Positions 13,339 to 22,575 of a DNA stretch of 36,932 bases are shown one piece after another. The DNA is taken from the NCBI GenBank assembly GCA_038233595.1, contig JBBSVL010000001.1:1-36932 (forward strand). The letters run 5' to 3'. Each line of letters opens with the position of its first letter. Position 1 is the stretch's first letter. Below the pieces are notes generated by a model, which was not told where the DNA came from, did not search any database, and saw only the letters and a list, made by a program, of their open reading frames with translations. A program made the translations under genes and the position numbers. Source of the stretch: Propionibacteriales bacterium (lineage in GTDB: Bacteria > Actinomycetota > Actinomycetes > Propionibacteriales > Nocardioidaceae).

Positions 13339-15617
13339 CCCACACTCGATCCGGGTCTGCGTGACGCCCAGCGGCGCACCCCTTCGACGACCGAGCGGGG
13401 ATACCACCGCGCGCGCCTGGCCCGACTCGTGCCCACCGCATCGAACATGGCGTGCTGCCACGACCTCACGTCCTGCTTGAGCCGGTTGCGGTAGTCCCGG
13501 GTGATCGCCTGGGGGCGCGCGTAGCGGGTCAGCTCGACGAACGTGACCACCTCGGCGATCGCGTCCAGGGCCTCCGGCGTCGCGACGACGACCCGGTGGA
13601 CCGCGCGCCCGTTGGTGCGCACCGTGCCCGCGTCGGACCAGCCGAGCTCCAGGTCGACCGCCGTGGCACGTACCTCCGACCAGGCGGCGTCGGCCAACGC
13701 CTGCGCTGTGTGCGCAGTCGCCCATCGGCGCCGAGCGGTGCTGCTGCGCAGCAGCCGCGGTGCCAGCAACAGCCCCGCCAGGAGGAGCATGCCCAGCAGG
13801 ACGAACAACCAGGTGGAGGAGTGCTGCTGCTGCGCCTTCGGTCCGAGCGAGCCGTTCGCCGGGGTGACCTTGGGCTTGGCCTGCGACGGCTGAGCGGTGG
13901 GCCCCGCACTCGTTCCGGCAGTCTGCAGGGGGTCGTTGGGCGCCGGAGCGACGGTGTACGCCGGGGACCCGCCCGTGCGTGCCGCAGGCGTCGGCTCGAA
14001 CCTGGTCCAGCCGATCCCCTCGAAGTACAGCTCCGGCCAGGAGTGCAGGTCGTGCGAGCCGAACACGTAGCGGCCGCTGTCCGGCTCGCCGCTCAGGAAC
14101 CCGACCGCCACCCGGGCCGGGATGTGCAGGGTGCGTGCCATCACGGCCATCGCCGCGGAGAACTGCTCGCAGTAGCCGACCTTGTCGGTGGTGACGAACC
14201 GGACAAGGGTCGAGATGCCGGACCCTCCCGCGGGTTTGGTGCTGTAGGTGAAGCCGCCCCCGGAGCGGAACCAGTTCTGCAGCAGCACTGCCCGGTCGAA
14301 GTCGTTGGTGGCGCTCCTGGTGACCCGCTGCGCGGTTGCCTGGAACACCGTGGGCAGACCGTTCGGGAGGTTGGTCATCCGGGCCCGCAGGGACGCCGGT
14401 GCGGGCCGGGCCGCTCGGACCGAGCTCGGGATGACCCGCGGGGTGAACGTGCTGACCGCGTACGACATGCCGGCGGCGGTGGTGTCGCCGATCCCGATCA
14501 CGTCGAAGGTGTCGGGGTCGTAGCGCCAGTTCTCGCCGACGTCGAGCGCCGTGGCCGGGTACGGCAAGGGCAGCCACCTGGAGGCGAACGTGGGGGAGAC
14601 CTTCACCCGCCAGACGTGGTCGGGACCTACCGCGGCCGGCTGGACGCCCGGCGGCGGCGGCAGCGTCCCCGCAATCGGGTCGGTGCCGGCGATGTCCCGC
14701 GCCGAGGGCTGCCAGGCGGAGCCGGTGAACTCGTCGAGCACGGTGAGCCGCAGGTAGGAAGGAGCGGCGCCCGAAGTGGCCACGCTGACCAGTGGGACGT
14801 TCCGGATCTCGGTCAGGTTGCGGCGCAGGTCGAGCTGCGGGTTGACGACCTGGATCGAGCCGCCCCGGTTGCTCTGGCCGATGCCGCCGAAATCCCGTCC
14901 GGTGGAGGACAACGTACCGGTCAGAACCACGGCGACGAGCGCACAGCAGACCGCGATCCTGGTGGAGAGCCCGCCCAAAGCGGCCAGGTTCGAGCCGCCG
15001 CCACCGACACGTCCCCACGACCCCACGCGGGTGGTCTCCTGCATGGCCACCAGCGCCAGCCAGCCGAACGCAGTGGTCAGGAACACCAGCCAGTTCACCG
15101 GCTGGAGCAGCACGCTCGCCGAGATCGTGATGGTCAGCAACAGGGGAAGCCCGGCAAGGGAGGCGCGGCGCAGTCCGCAGCAGAGCAGGTCTACCGCGAG
15201 GAGCACCCCCAAGCCGCCGACGAGCAGCAGCAGGTGGAACTCGGGATGGACCGTGGAGACGGGGGAGACATACTTCTGACCCGCCACGACCCCGGTGGCC
15301 AGCTCGCGCGCCAGCAGCCGGCCCGCACCCAAAGTGGGAAGCCAGTCGCCGCTGACGCGGTGCAGCAGCCAGACCGCGAGGACCACCAGCTGCACCGGTA
15401 AGGCGAGCCACCCGCGCGACGTGGTCCGGCGTACGACCCAGCCGGTGACTGCGACCAGCACCACGGCGACCAGCAGCGGGTTGAGGAACAGGGACGGCTC
15501 CTGGGCCATCCCGCGCCACGAGAGGAGCGCGAACCAGACCGTCGCAGCAGCCAGGACCGAGGTAGGCAGTCCGGCGAGCAGGTTGCTGGCGGACGTTCGA
15601 CTCGTGGGGTGGTTCAT
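13332..15617 (-). CDS. Membrane-bound transglutaminase-like (TgpA/DUF3488) protein
   Basis: 761 aa from ATG 15617 (ATGA overlap with DUF58 stop); multiple N-terminal TM segments; GYCEQF, IPARVAVGF, HSWPELYF, WTRFEPTP. Confidence 0.88.
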   Translation of the reverse strand: MNHPTSRTSASNLLAGLPTSVLAAATVWFALLSWRGMAQEPSLFLNPLLVAVVLVAVTGWVVRRTTSRGWLALPVQLVVLAVWLLHRVSGDWLPTLGAGRLLARELATGVVAGQKYVSPVSTVHPEFHLLLLVGGLGVLLAVDLLCCGLRRASLAGLPLLLTITISASVLLQPVNWLVFLTTAFGWLALVAMQETTRVGSWGRVGGGGSNLAALGGLSTRIAVCCALVAVVLTGTLSSTGRDFGGIGQSNRGGSIQVVNPQLDLRRNLTEIRNVPLVSVATSGAAPSYLRLTVLDEFTGSAWQPSARDIAGTDPIAGTLPPPPGVQPAAVGPDHVWRVKVSPTFASRWLPLPYPATALDVGENWRYDPDTFDVIGIGDTTAAGMSYAVSTFTPRVIPSSVRAARPAPASLRARMTNLPNGLPTVFQATAQRVTRSATNDFDRAVLLQNWFRSGGGFTYSTKPAGGSGISTLVRFVTTDKVGYCEQFSAAMAVMARTLHIPARVAVGFLSGEPDSGRYVFGSHDLHSWPELYFEGIGWTRFEPTPAARTGGSPAYTVAPAPNDPLQTAGTSAGPTAQPSQAKPKVTPANGSLGPKAQQQHSSTWLFVLLGMLLLAGLLLAPRLLRSSTARRRWATAHTAQALADAAWSEVRATAVDLELGWSDAGTVRTNGRAVHRVVVATPEALDAIAEVVTFVELTRYARPQAITRDYRNRLKQDVRSWQHAMFDAVGTSRARRARWYPRSVVEGVRRWASRRPGSSVGQ

Positions 15618-16834
15618 TGGTCCAGCTCGCTCCACGTCGAGGCCAGCGCGGCGCCCTTGTTCAACGATGCCGTCCGCCAGCCCTGGTCGGCCAGCCAGCG
15701 CGGTGCAAGGACCCGGTCGGGTTCGACGTTGCGTTGGCCCCAGTCGTCGACGTCGAGGACCAGGGCCAGGCTCAGCGCGCTGTGTCGGGGGAACCTCGCC
15801 CACCAGCCGCGGTCCTCGACCCGGCTGGCTCCGAGAATACCGACCACGACCGCACCCGTGTGGTCGTCGTTGAACGCCAGGTCGGGCAGTGTGGCGTCGG
15901 TGGTCGTCCCGACTGTGGCGAGCTCCTCGAGCAGGGGGGACGCATCGAGGGGACGGCCACGCTCGTGCCGGGACTCCTTCACGCCAGACCCGGTGAGCAG
16001 CCGCACCTGGTACCCCAGGCCGGACAGGTGCACCGCCACGGACGCGGCGGCGGCCACGGCGCTCTCCAGGGACGAACCGGGGCCGCTGCCACGATGGGAG
16101 GCGGCGCGGTTGTCCAGCACGATCGTGGCCCGCGCCTGCCACAGCTGCTCCTCGTTGCGCACCATCAGCTCACCCATCCTGGCCGTGCTTCGCCAGTGCA
16201 CGCGGCGCAGGTCGTCGCCGCGCCGGTACTCGCGTACGACGACGTCGGCGACGTTGCCGACGGTGAAGGAGCGCGGGTGGTCGTCCCCGGACGCGAACGA
16301 GCCGCCGCGCAGTCGGATCTCGCGCAGCGAAGTGACCTGCGGGGTCACCAGCAAGGTGACAGCACCCTGGATCTCCTGTCGCAGCTCGACCATGCCGAAG
16401 GGCTCCCGCAGCCGCACCTGCATCGGCCCGAGCTGGTGTCGGCCACGGATCTCGGGCCGAACGGAGTACTCCAGCAGCTCGTGTCCGTTGCGACCCATCG
16501 GCTGCACCACGAACCGCGGCCGGGCACCCAGGGAGTAGGGCAGCTGCTCCTCCAGGAGCAGCACGCCGGTGTTCGGACCGCCGTTGTGGAGCTGCACCTG
16601 CACCCTTGCCGACTCGCCGACCGTGAGTCTCGGGGGTGAGACCACCCGGTCGATCTTGAGGTGCTCGGAGCGACTGCCGACGTAGAAGGCGGCGACCAGG
16701 GGCAGGACGCTGACCAACAGTCCCATCCGGGCCAGGTCGCGTTCCAGCAGGACCAGCCCGCAGACGAGCGAGGTGACTCCGGAGGCCAGGAAGGCGCGTC
16801 CGCGCACCGTCAGGGACCGCAGCGCGTCGCGCAC
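15614..16834 (-). CDS. DUF58 domain protein
   Basis: GTG 16834; RGRHQLGP, PFG, VREYRRGDDLRRVHWRSTARMGELMVR, LESAV..AASV. Confidence 0.9.
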   Translation of the reverse strand: MRDALRSLTVRGRAFLASGVTSLVCGLVLLERDLARMGLLVSVLPLVAAFYVGSRSEHLKIDRVVSPPRLTVGESARVQVQLHNGGPNTGVLLLEEQLPYSLGARPRFVVQPMGRNGHELLEYSVRPEIRGRHQLGPMQVRLREPFGMVELRQEIQGAVTLLVTPQVTSLREIRLRGGSFASGDDHPRSFTVGNVADVVVREYRRGDDLRRVHWRSTARMGELMVRNEEQLWQARATIVLDNRAASHRGSGPGSSLESAVAAAASVAVHLSGLGYQVRLLTGSGVKESRHERGRPLDASPLLEELATVGTTTDATLPDLAFNDDHTGAVVVGILGASRVEDRGWWARFPRHSALSLALVLDVDDWGQRNVEPDRVLAPRWLADQGWRTASLNKGAALASTWSELDQ

Positions 16835-16835
16835 C

Positions 16836-17831
16836 TCAGACGCCGTGGATCGGTACCCGCGCGAGCAGGTCGGCCAGGATCTCCGCGGGGCCACGTCCCG
16901 AGGCGGTCGCCTCCACCGTCGGTATCAGCCGGTGGGTGAGTACGGCCGGCGCCAGGGTGAGCAGGTCGTCGGGAATGACGTAGTCGCGTCCGTCGAGTGC
17001 CGCGGACGCCTTGGCGGCCCGGACCAGGTGCAGGGTTGCTCGCGGCGACGCTCCCAGCCGCAGATCACGACACGTGCGGGTGGCGTCTGAGATCCCGACC
17101 GCGTGGCGTTGCACCGCCTCGGAGACGTGCACGGTGCCGACCGCGGTGATCATCCGGCTCACCTCCGCTGCGTCGGCAACCGGGGTGAGGGTCTGGAGTG
17201 GGCTGCGCGCGGTGTGCGAGGCCAGCATTGCGATCTCTGCTGCCTTGACCGGGTAGCCCATGGACACCCGCGCCATGAACCGGTCGCGCTGGGCCTCGGG
17301 CAACGCGTAGGTGCCGTCCATCTCGATCGGGTTCTGCGTCGCGAGCACCAGGAACGGCACCTCGAGGAGGTAGGTGGTGCCGTCGACCGTGACCTGCTTC
17401 TCCTCCATGCACTCAAGCATCGCGGACTGGGTCTTGGGCGAGGCGCGGTTGATCTCGTCACCCACCACGATGTTCGCGAACACGCCGCCGGGTCGGAACT
17501 CGAAGTCGCGAGTCTCCTGGTTGTAGACCGACACCCCGGTCACGTCGGAGGGCAGCAGGTCTGGGGTGAACTGGATCCGGCGGACCGTACAGTCGATCGC
17601 GCGGGCCAGTGCCTTGGCCAGCATCGTCTTGCCGACGCCGGGGACGTCCTCGATCAGGAGGTGTCCCTCGGCGAGGAGCACCACCATCGCCAGCCTGGCC
17701 ACCTCGGGCTTGCCCTCGATCACCTGCTCGATGGCGCTCTGGATCCGTTTGGCTGCGGCGCCCACCTCGGCCAGGCCCTCCGGGTCAGGTCCGTCGTCCA
17801 GTGGCCCTTCCAGTCGTCCTGACCTTGTCAC
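16836..17831 (-). CDS. moxR: MoxR family AAA+ ATPase
   Basis: GHLLIEDVPGVGKT, RIQFTPDLLPSDVTG, DEINRASPKTQSA, ATQNPIE..GTY.LPEAQRDRF, GASPRA; start codon uncertain (GTG 17831 chosen). Confidence 0.93.
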   Translation of the reverse strand: MTRSGRLEGPLDDGPDPEGLAEVGAAAKRIQSAIEQVIEGKPEVARLAMVVLLAEGHLLIEDVPGVGKTMLAKALARAIDCTVRRIQFTPDLLPSDVTGVSVYNQETRDFEFRPGGVFANIVVGDEINRASPKTQSAMLECMEEKQVTVDGTTYLLEVPFLVLATQNPIEMDGTYALPEAQRDRFMARVSMGYPVKAAEIAMLASHTARSPLQTLTPVADAAEVSRMITAVGTVHVSEAVQRHAVGISDATRTCRDLRLGASPRATLHLVRAAKASAALDGRDYVIPDDLLTLAPAVLTHRLIPTVEATASGRGPAEILADLLARVPIHGV

Positions 17832-18020
17832 CAGCGTCCCATTCCCACGTCGCCCCTCGTCGCGCCATCTCGCCCCACGTCGCACCGACACGCCTCGTCC
17901 CGCTTGGTGCCGGGTGGCATCTAGTGAACATCATCACTGCAAGTGGGGCCGGCTGCACCCGGCACCGGAGCTCAGCAGAGCCCTCGGAGGCGAAAGCGGG
18001 GGAAACAAGCAGTGAAATGG

Positions 18021-18069
18021 TTGACGGTGGAGCAAAGTGGAGTAGATTGGAGGGCAGTGGAGCAAGTGG
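18021..18069 (+). promoter_or_regulatory. dcw promoter with MraZ-binding GTGG repeats
   Basis: TTGACG (18021)-N16-TAGATT (18043); GTGG/TTGG at 18027, 18037, 18047, 18057 and 18066 (about 10-bp period). Confidence 0.75.
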
Positions 18070-18118
18070 GTATCGCAGTGGTGCTCGCGGGGAGCTCTGG
18101 TGACGGGGTGGTGGAGCA

Positions 18119-18553
18119 ATGTTCTTCACCGGCACCTACACCCCCAAGCTCGACGACAAGGGCCGGCTCTTCCTGCCGGCGAAGTTCAGGGACCTGTTGA
18201 CGGAGGACGTCGTGGTGGCACCGGGCCAGGAGCACTGCCTCCAGGTGTGGTCCGTCGCCGGGTTCCACGAGATGACCACCGACCTGTCCCGCAAGAGCCA
18301 GGCCGACAAGACCACCCGGCAGTACATCCGCTACCTGTTCTCCAGCTCCTCGCAGGAGTCACCCGACAAGCAGGGCCGGATCACGCTCAACTCCGGTCTG
18401 CGCGGGTACGCCGGTCTGGACCGGGACGTCCTGGTGGCCGGGGTGCTGGACCACGCGGAGATCTGGGACCCACAGGCCTGGGCGCAACAGCAGTCGGGCG
18501 CCGAGGAGAGCTTCGCCAACCTCGACGGTCCGTTCGGTTTCGTCGAGGCCTGA
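18119..18553 (+). CDS. mraZ: Transcriptional regulator MraZ
   Basis: MFFTGTYTPKLDDKGRLFLPAKFR; second DKQGRI repeat; EIWD. Confidence 0.96.
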   Translation: MFFTGTYTPKLDDKGRLFLPAKFRDLLTEDVVVAPGQEHCLQVWSVAGFHEMTTDLSRKSQADKTTRQYIRYLFSSSSQESPDKQGRITLNSGLRGYAGLDRDVLVAGVLDHAEIWDPQAWAQQQSGAEESFANLDGPFGFVEA

Positions 18554-18570
18554 GACGGGCCGCCGACCAC

Positions 18571-18603
18571 GACATCACAGCTCAGACATCACAGCTCGGA
18601 CAC
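18571..18603 (+). repeat. 14-bp-period direct repeat
   Basis: GACATCACAGCTC at 18571 and 18585, with a third partial copy GACAC at 18599. Confidence 0.7.
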
Positions 18604-18642
18604 AAGACTTCGGCACCAGAGCCAGACCCCCACAACTCAACA

Positions 18643-18765
18643 CCAGGCAGTCGCAGGGCGAGGCTCGCGTCCGCTCCGGTCGGTGCCCCGACCCGCGCTC
18701 TGGCGCACCTTCCCCGGTGCCAGATCACGAACGGGTAACCGGCAAGGAGCGGACGGAGAACCTGG
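18643..18765 (+). ncRNA. mraW RNA motif-like structured leader
   Basis: Long hairpin: CGTCCGCTCC (18668-77) with GGAGCGGACG (18746-55); TCTGGC/GCCAGA stem closing a CTTCCCC loop; located between mraZ and rsmH (mraW). Confidence 0.75.
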
Positions 18766-18852
18766 CCCGGCGAACGCCGAAGCAGCAGCCCGACAGCAAC
18801 ATCTCTTTCGCACCATTCCAACTTGTGCACACAACTCTCAGGGGTCGAGCCG

Positions 18853-19011
18853 ATGAGTGAGATCGCACCACCACGCCAAGCAGCTCGCCCAGGAGAGCTG
18901 CGCAGGGTGCGTCACGACGCCCGTGACGGGCTGCTGGTGATGGGGTTCTCGTTGGCGACGTCGATCGTGCTGGCCCTGTTGCTCACCGTCCTGGTCCACG
19001 TGGGGAGCTAG
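18853..19011 (+). CDS. Small single-pass membrane protein (52 aa), function unknown
   Basis: ATG after CAGGGG; MSEIAPP...RRVRHDARDGLLVMGFSLATSIVLALLLTVLVHVGS; stop 6 nt before rsmH. Confidence 0.65.
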   Translation: MSEIAPPRQAARPGELRRVRHDARDGLLVMGFSLATSIVLALLLTVLVHVGS

Positions 19012-19017
19012 CAGCAG

Positions 19018-19977
19018 ATGCCGACCCCCAGCCACGTCCCGGTGCTCCTGGACCGGGTCGTTGCCTTGGTGGCGCCCGGTCTCGAGCGACCGGGGTCCGT
19101 CCTGGTCGACGCCACGCTCGGGCTCGGCGGCCACACCGAGGCGGTGTTGCAGCGATGCCCGCAGTCCCGAGTGGTCGGCATCGACCGTGACACTCACGCC
19201 TTGCAGCGGGCCGGTGCCAGGCTCGCGTCGTACGGCGACCGGGTCACCCTCGTGCACGCGGTCTACGACGAGATCCCCGAGGTCCTCGCTGCGCAGGGGC
19301 TTCGAGGCGTCCAGGCGGTGCTGTTCGACCTCGGGGTCTCCTCGATGCAGCTCGACGTCCGCGAGCGTGGCTTCGCCTACGCCGAGGACGCTCCGCTGGA
19401 CATGCGGATGGACGACACCGAGGGACCGACTGCAGCCGACGTGCTCAACGAGTACGACGAGCGCGACCTGACCCGGCTGCTCCGCACCTGGGGCGAGGAG
19501 AAGTTCGCCCGCCAGATCGCACGCGCAGTGGTCCGCGAGCGCGAGAAGGAGCCGTTCGACCGGTCGGCCCGGCTGGTCGAGCTGATCCGCGACACGATCC
19601 CCGCTCCTGCCCGTCGCACCGGCGGCCACCCGGCCAAACGGACCTTCCAGGCGCTCCGGATCGAGGTCAACGACGAGCTCGGTGCGCTGCGGCGCGCGGT
19701 GCCCGCGGCGATCGACTCCATCGCCGTCGGCGGACGGGTCGTGGTGATGAGCTACCACTCCCTCGAGGACCGGCTGGTCAAGCAGGCCTTCACCGAGCGC
19801 ACCCGATCGATGGTGCCCGTCGACCTACCCGTCGTGCCCGAAGGGTACGAGCCCGCTCTGAAGCTGGTCACGCGCGGATCCGAGCAGGCCTCGCCCGCCG
19901 AGACCGCAGCGAACCCGCGTGCCGCGTCGGTGCGGCTCCGGGCGGTCGAGCGCGTCCGCGAGGACCGAGCCGCATGA
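19018..19977 (+). CDS. rsmH: 16S rRNA m4C1402 methyltransferase
   Basis: [71 protein letters not shown]. Confidence 0.97.
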   Translation: MPTPSHVPVLLDRVVALVAPGLERPGSVLVDATLGLGGHTEAVLQRCPQSRVVGIDRDTHALQRAGARLASYGDRVTLVHAVYDEIPEVLAAQGLRGVQAVLFDLGVSSMQLDVRERGFAYAEDAPLDMRMDDTEGPTAADVLNEYDERDLTRLLRTWGEEKFARQIARAVVREREKEPFDRSARLVELIRDTIPAPARRTGGHPAKRTFQALRIEVNDELGALRRAVPAAIDSIAVGGRVVVMSYHSLEDRLVKQAFTERTRSMVPVDLPVVPEGYEPALKLVTRGSEQASPAETAANPRAASVRLRAVERVREDRAA

Positions 19978-20112
19978 AGTCACACCCGGAGATTGGACCC
20001 CGATGAGCCACCCCACGAAAACACTCGCTGCGCTCCCGTTTCCGAGGGGACCCCGATGAACCACCCCACGAAAACACTCGCTGCGCTCCCGTTTCCGAGG
20101 GGACCCCGATGA
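19974..20112 (+). repeat. Tandem 53-bp MIRU-like units (48-bp element copies C and D plus a collapsed unit) encoding chained mini-ORFs
   Basis: Mini-ORFs 19974-20006 [10 protein letters not shown], 20003-20059 MSHPTKTLAALPFPRGPR*, 20056-20112 MNHPTKTLAALPFPRGPR*; every junction from rsmH to ftsL is an ATGA overlap. Confidence 0.9.
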
Positions 20113-20696
20113 GCACTCTGTTCAGCCAGGCACGCACCCGCATCCCGCGGTTCGCGGACGCTGCCGTGGAGCGCGCGCGACTGACGGTGGTGCCCAGGCG
20201 TGAGACGTCCGCGCGCCGGACGCCGTTCGTGGTCGTGGTCGTGCTGCTGCTGGGCGGCGGCGTCGCCGGCCTGCTGGCCTTCAACACCTCGATGCAGCAG
20301 GCCTCCTTCACGGCGACCGCGTTGCAGACCCGGGCCGAGTCGCTCGCGGCTCGCGAGCAGTCCCTCTCGATGGACCTCGAGCGGCTGCGCGACCCCCAGC
20401 GGCTGGCGACGGTGGCCAAGCAGCTGGGCATGGTGCCGCCGCCCAACCCAGCGTTCATCCGCCTCTCGGACGGCAAGGTCCTCGGTCAGCCGCTTGCCGC
20501 GACCCCGTTGGACGCGATGCGGATCAACGCGTTGCCGGCGCCCAAGCCGAAGGTGCTCTCGCCCAGGCCCAGGATCGTCAAGGTCAAGGCGCCCCATAAA
20601 AATGCGCAGCACAAGACCGACGCGTCCTCCCCGCACTCGACCCCGGCGGCAGGTAAGAAGAAGCCCCAGCACCACAGCCAGGGGGCAGGTCGTTGA
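20109..20696 (+). CDS. ftsL: Cell division protein FtsL
   Basis: Lies between rsmH and ftsI; TPFVVVVVLLLGGGVAGLL TM segment, coiled coil, DPQRLA..AKQLGMVP. Confidence 0.85.
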   Translation: MSTLFSQARTRIPRFADAAVERARLTVVPRRETSARRTPFVVVVVLLLGGGVAGLLAFNTSMQQASFTATALQTRAESLAAREQSLSMDLERLRDPQRLATVAKQLGMVPPPNPAFIRLSDGKVLGQPLAATPLDAMRINALPAPKPKVLSPRPRIVKVKAPHKNAQHKTDASSPHSTPAAGKKKPQHHSQGAGR

Positions 20697-22555
20697 GCTC
20701 AGCACGTCGCAGGAGCGGTCCGGGAAGGGACCGGCCGCTCGGGTCCGGACGCGGTTCGACCCACGTCCGGCTCCGCGTCTTCATGGTCGTGATCGCGATG
20801 GTGATCTCGGTGTTCGGGGTGCGGCTGTTCCAGCTGCAGGGGCTCGACCCGAAGGCATACGCCGCACAGGCCGAGAAGGCAGGTGCGGCCACCGTCGTAC
20901 TGCCGGCCACGCGTGGGGAGATCGTCGACCGCACGGGCGTCGCGCTCGCCGAGTCGGTCGACGGACTGATGCTGATCGCCGACCCGAAGGTCACCGCGCA
21001 GTACGGCGGCCTGATCGCGCACATCGTGGCCGACAAGCTGGGCCTGGACTACTTCGATGTGCTGACCAAGCTGACCGAGCCCAACAGCCGGTTCCAGTAC
21101 GTCGACCGACGGGTGCCCTCCACCGTGGCGACCCAGGTCGTGCAAGAGATCCAGGCAGCGGTCAAGAAGGCAGTGCAGAAAGCGGCCGCGGCCACGCACG
21201 ATCCCAAGAAGATCGCGGCGGTGCTGCAGGGTGCACCCTTCGGCGGGATCTACACCGTTGCCGACCCGGTTCGCGACTACCCGGCCAAGGACGTCGCGGC
21301 CAACCTGGTCGGCTTCCTCGGTAACAACGGCAAGGCGATGGCAGGGGCCGAGCTGGCCTTCGACAAGCGTCTGGCCGGCAAGGACGGTCGCGAGACCTAC
21401 GAGGTCGGCGGCGGCAACCGCATTCCGCTCGGCGACAACAGCACCGTCGCGCCGCGCAACGGCACGAACCTGAAGATGACCATCGACCGCGACACCCAGT
21501 GGTACGTCCAGCGGGTGCTGCGCAACGCCGTGCAGGGCTCCCACAGTGACAGCGGCTCGGCCGTCGTGATGGACACCCAGACCGGTGAGGTGCTGGCGCT
21601 CGCCGACTACCCGACCTTCGACGCCAACCAGCCTGGTCTGTCCAGCAAGGCCGACCTGGGCAGCGCGGCGCTCCAGAACGTCTACGAGCCGGGTTCGGTC
21701 GAGAAGGTCCTCACCGTCAGCTCCCTGCTCGACGAGGGCAAGGTGACCCCGCGGACCAGGATCACGGTGCCTGCGACACTGCCGGTGCTCGACCACACCA
21801 TTCACGACTGGTTCGTGCATCCCACGCTCCACCTGACCATGACCGGGGTGATTGCGAAGTCGTCCAACATCGGCACCTCGCTGGCCGCCGCTCAGCTGAG
21901 CGACAAGCAGCTCTACGACCACCTCCGCCAGTTCGGGCTCGGCAGCCGCACCGGGGTCGGGCTCAACGGGGAGACCGCAGGCCAGCTGCCCGACTGGCAC
22001 ACCTGGAACAAGCTCAGACACGCCACGATCTCCTTCGGGCAGGGGATGTCGGTCAACACCCTCCAGATGGCCACCGCGATCAACGCGGTCGCCAACGGCG
22101 GTGAGCTGGTCACGCCGAGCCTGTTCAAGGGCGCGGCCACCAACGACAGCGGGCAGCAGGTCGGCACCGACTTCACCACCAGACGACGGGTGGTCAGTAC
22201 GAAGGCCGCCGGTCAGATGTCGCGGATGATGGAGATGGTGCCGAACCCGAAGACCGGCACCGCCCCCGGCGCACAGGTGCCCGGCTACCGGGTTGCCGGC
22301 AAGACCGGCACGGCACAACGAGCGGGCGCCAAGTGCGGCTGCTACGACGGCACCTTCACGGTCTCCTTCGGCGGGTTCGCGCCGGCCGACAAGCCGCGCT
22401 TCACGGTGTACGTCGTGGTGCAGAACCCGCGCAACGGTGGTGGTGGCGGCTCCATCGGCGGTCCGGCGTTCTCCAAGATCGAGAGCTACCTGCTCCAGCG
22501 CTACGGAGTACCCCCGACCGGCACCAAGCCGGCCAACCTGCCGATCCAATGGTGA
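20693..22555 (+). CDS. ftsI: Class B penicillin-binding protein FtsI
   Basis: RGEIVDR, RDYP, YEPGSVEK (SxxK), KSSN (SxN), GKTGTAQ (KTG); TTGA overlap with ftsL. Confidence 0.95.
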   Translation: MSSARRRSGPGRDRPLGSGRGSTHVRLRVFMVVIAMVISVFGVRLFQLQGLDPKAYAAQAEKAGAATVVLPATRGEIVDRTGVALAESVDGLMLIADPKVTAQYGGLIAHIVADKLGLDYFDVLTKLTEPNSRFQYVDRRVPSTVATQVVQEIQAAVKKAVQKAAAATHDPKKIAAVLQGAPFGGIYTVADPVRDYPAKDVAANLVGFLGNNGKAMAGAELAFDKRLAGKDGRETYEVGGGNRIPLGDNSTVAPRNGTNLKMTIDRDTQWYVQRVLRNAVQGSHSDSGSAVVMDTQTGEVLALADYPTFDANQPGLSSKADLGSAALQNVYEPGSVEKVLTVSSLLDEGKVTPRTRITVPATLPVLDHTIHDWFVHPTLHLTMTGVIAKSSNIGTSLAAAQLSDKQLYDHLRQFGLGSRTGVGLNGETAGQLPDWHTWNKLRHATISFGQGMSVNTLQMATAINAVANGGELVTPSLFKGAATNDSGQQVGTDFTTRRRVVSTKAAGQMSRMMEMVPNPKTGTAPGAQVPGYRVAGKTGTAQRAGAKCGCYDGTFTVSFGGFAPADKPRFTVYVVVQNPRNGGGGGSIGGPAFSKIESYLLQRYGVPPTGTKPANLPIQW

Positions 22556-22575
22556 GCGAGCGCCGGTGACTTCGG

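Noticed and set aside
19995-20112. Tandem repeat read as a CRISPR array
   Set aside because: The units are contiguous and nearly identical with no unique spacers, and there are no cas genes in the window.
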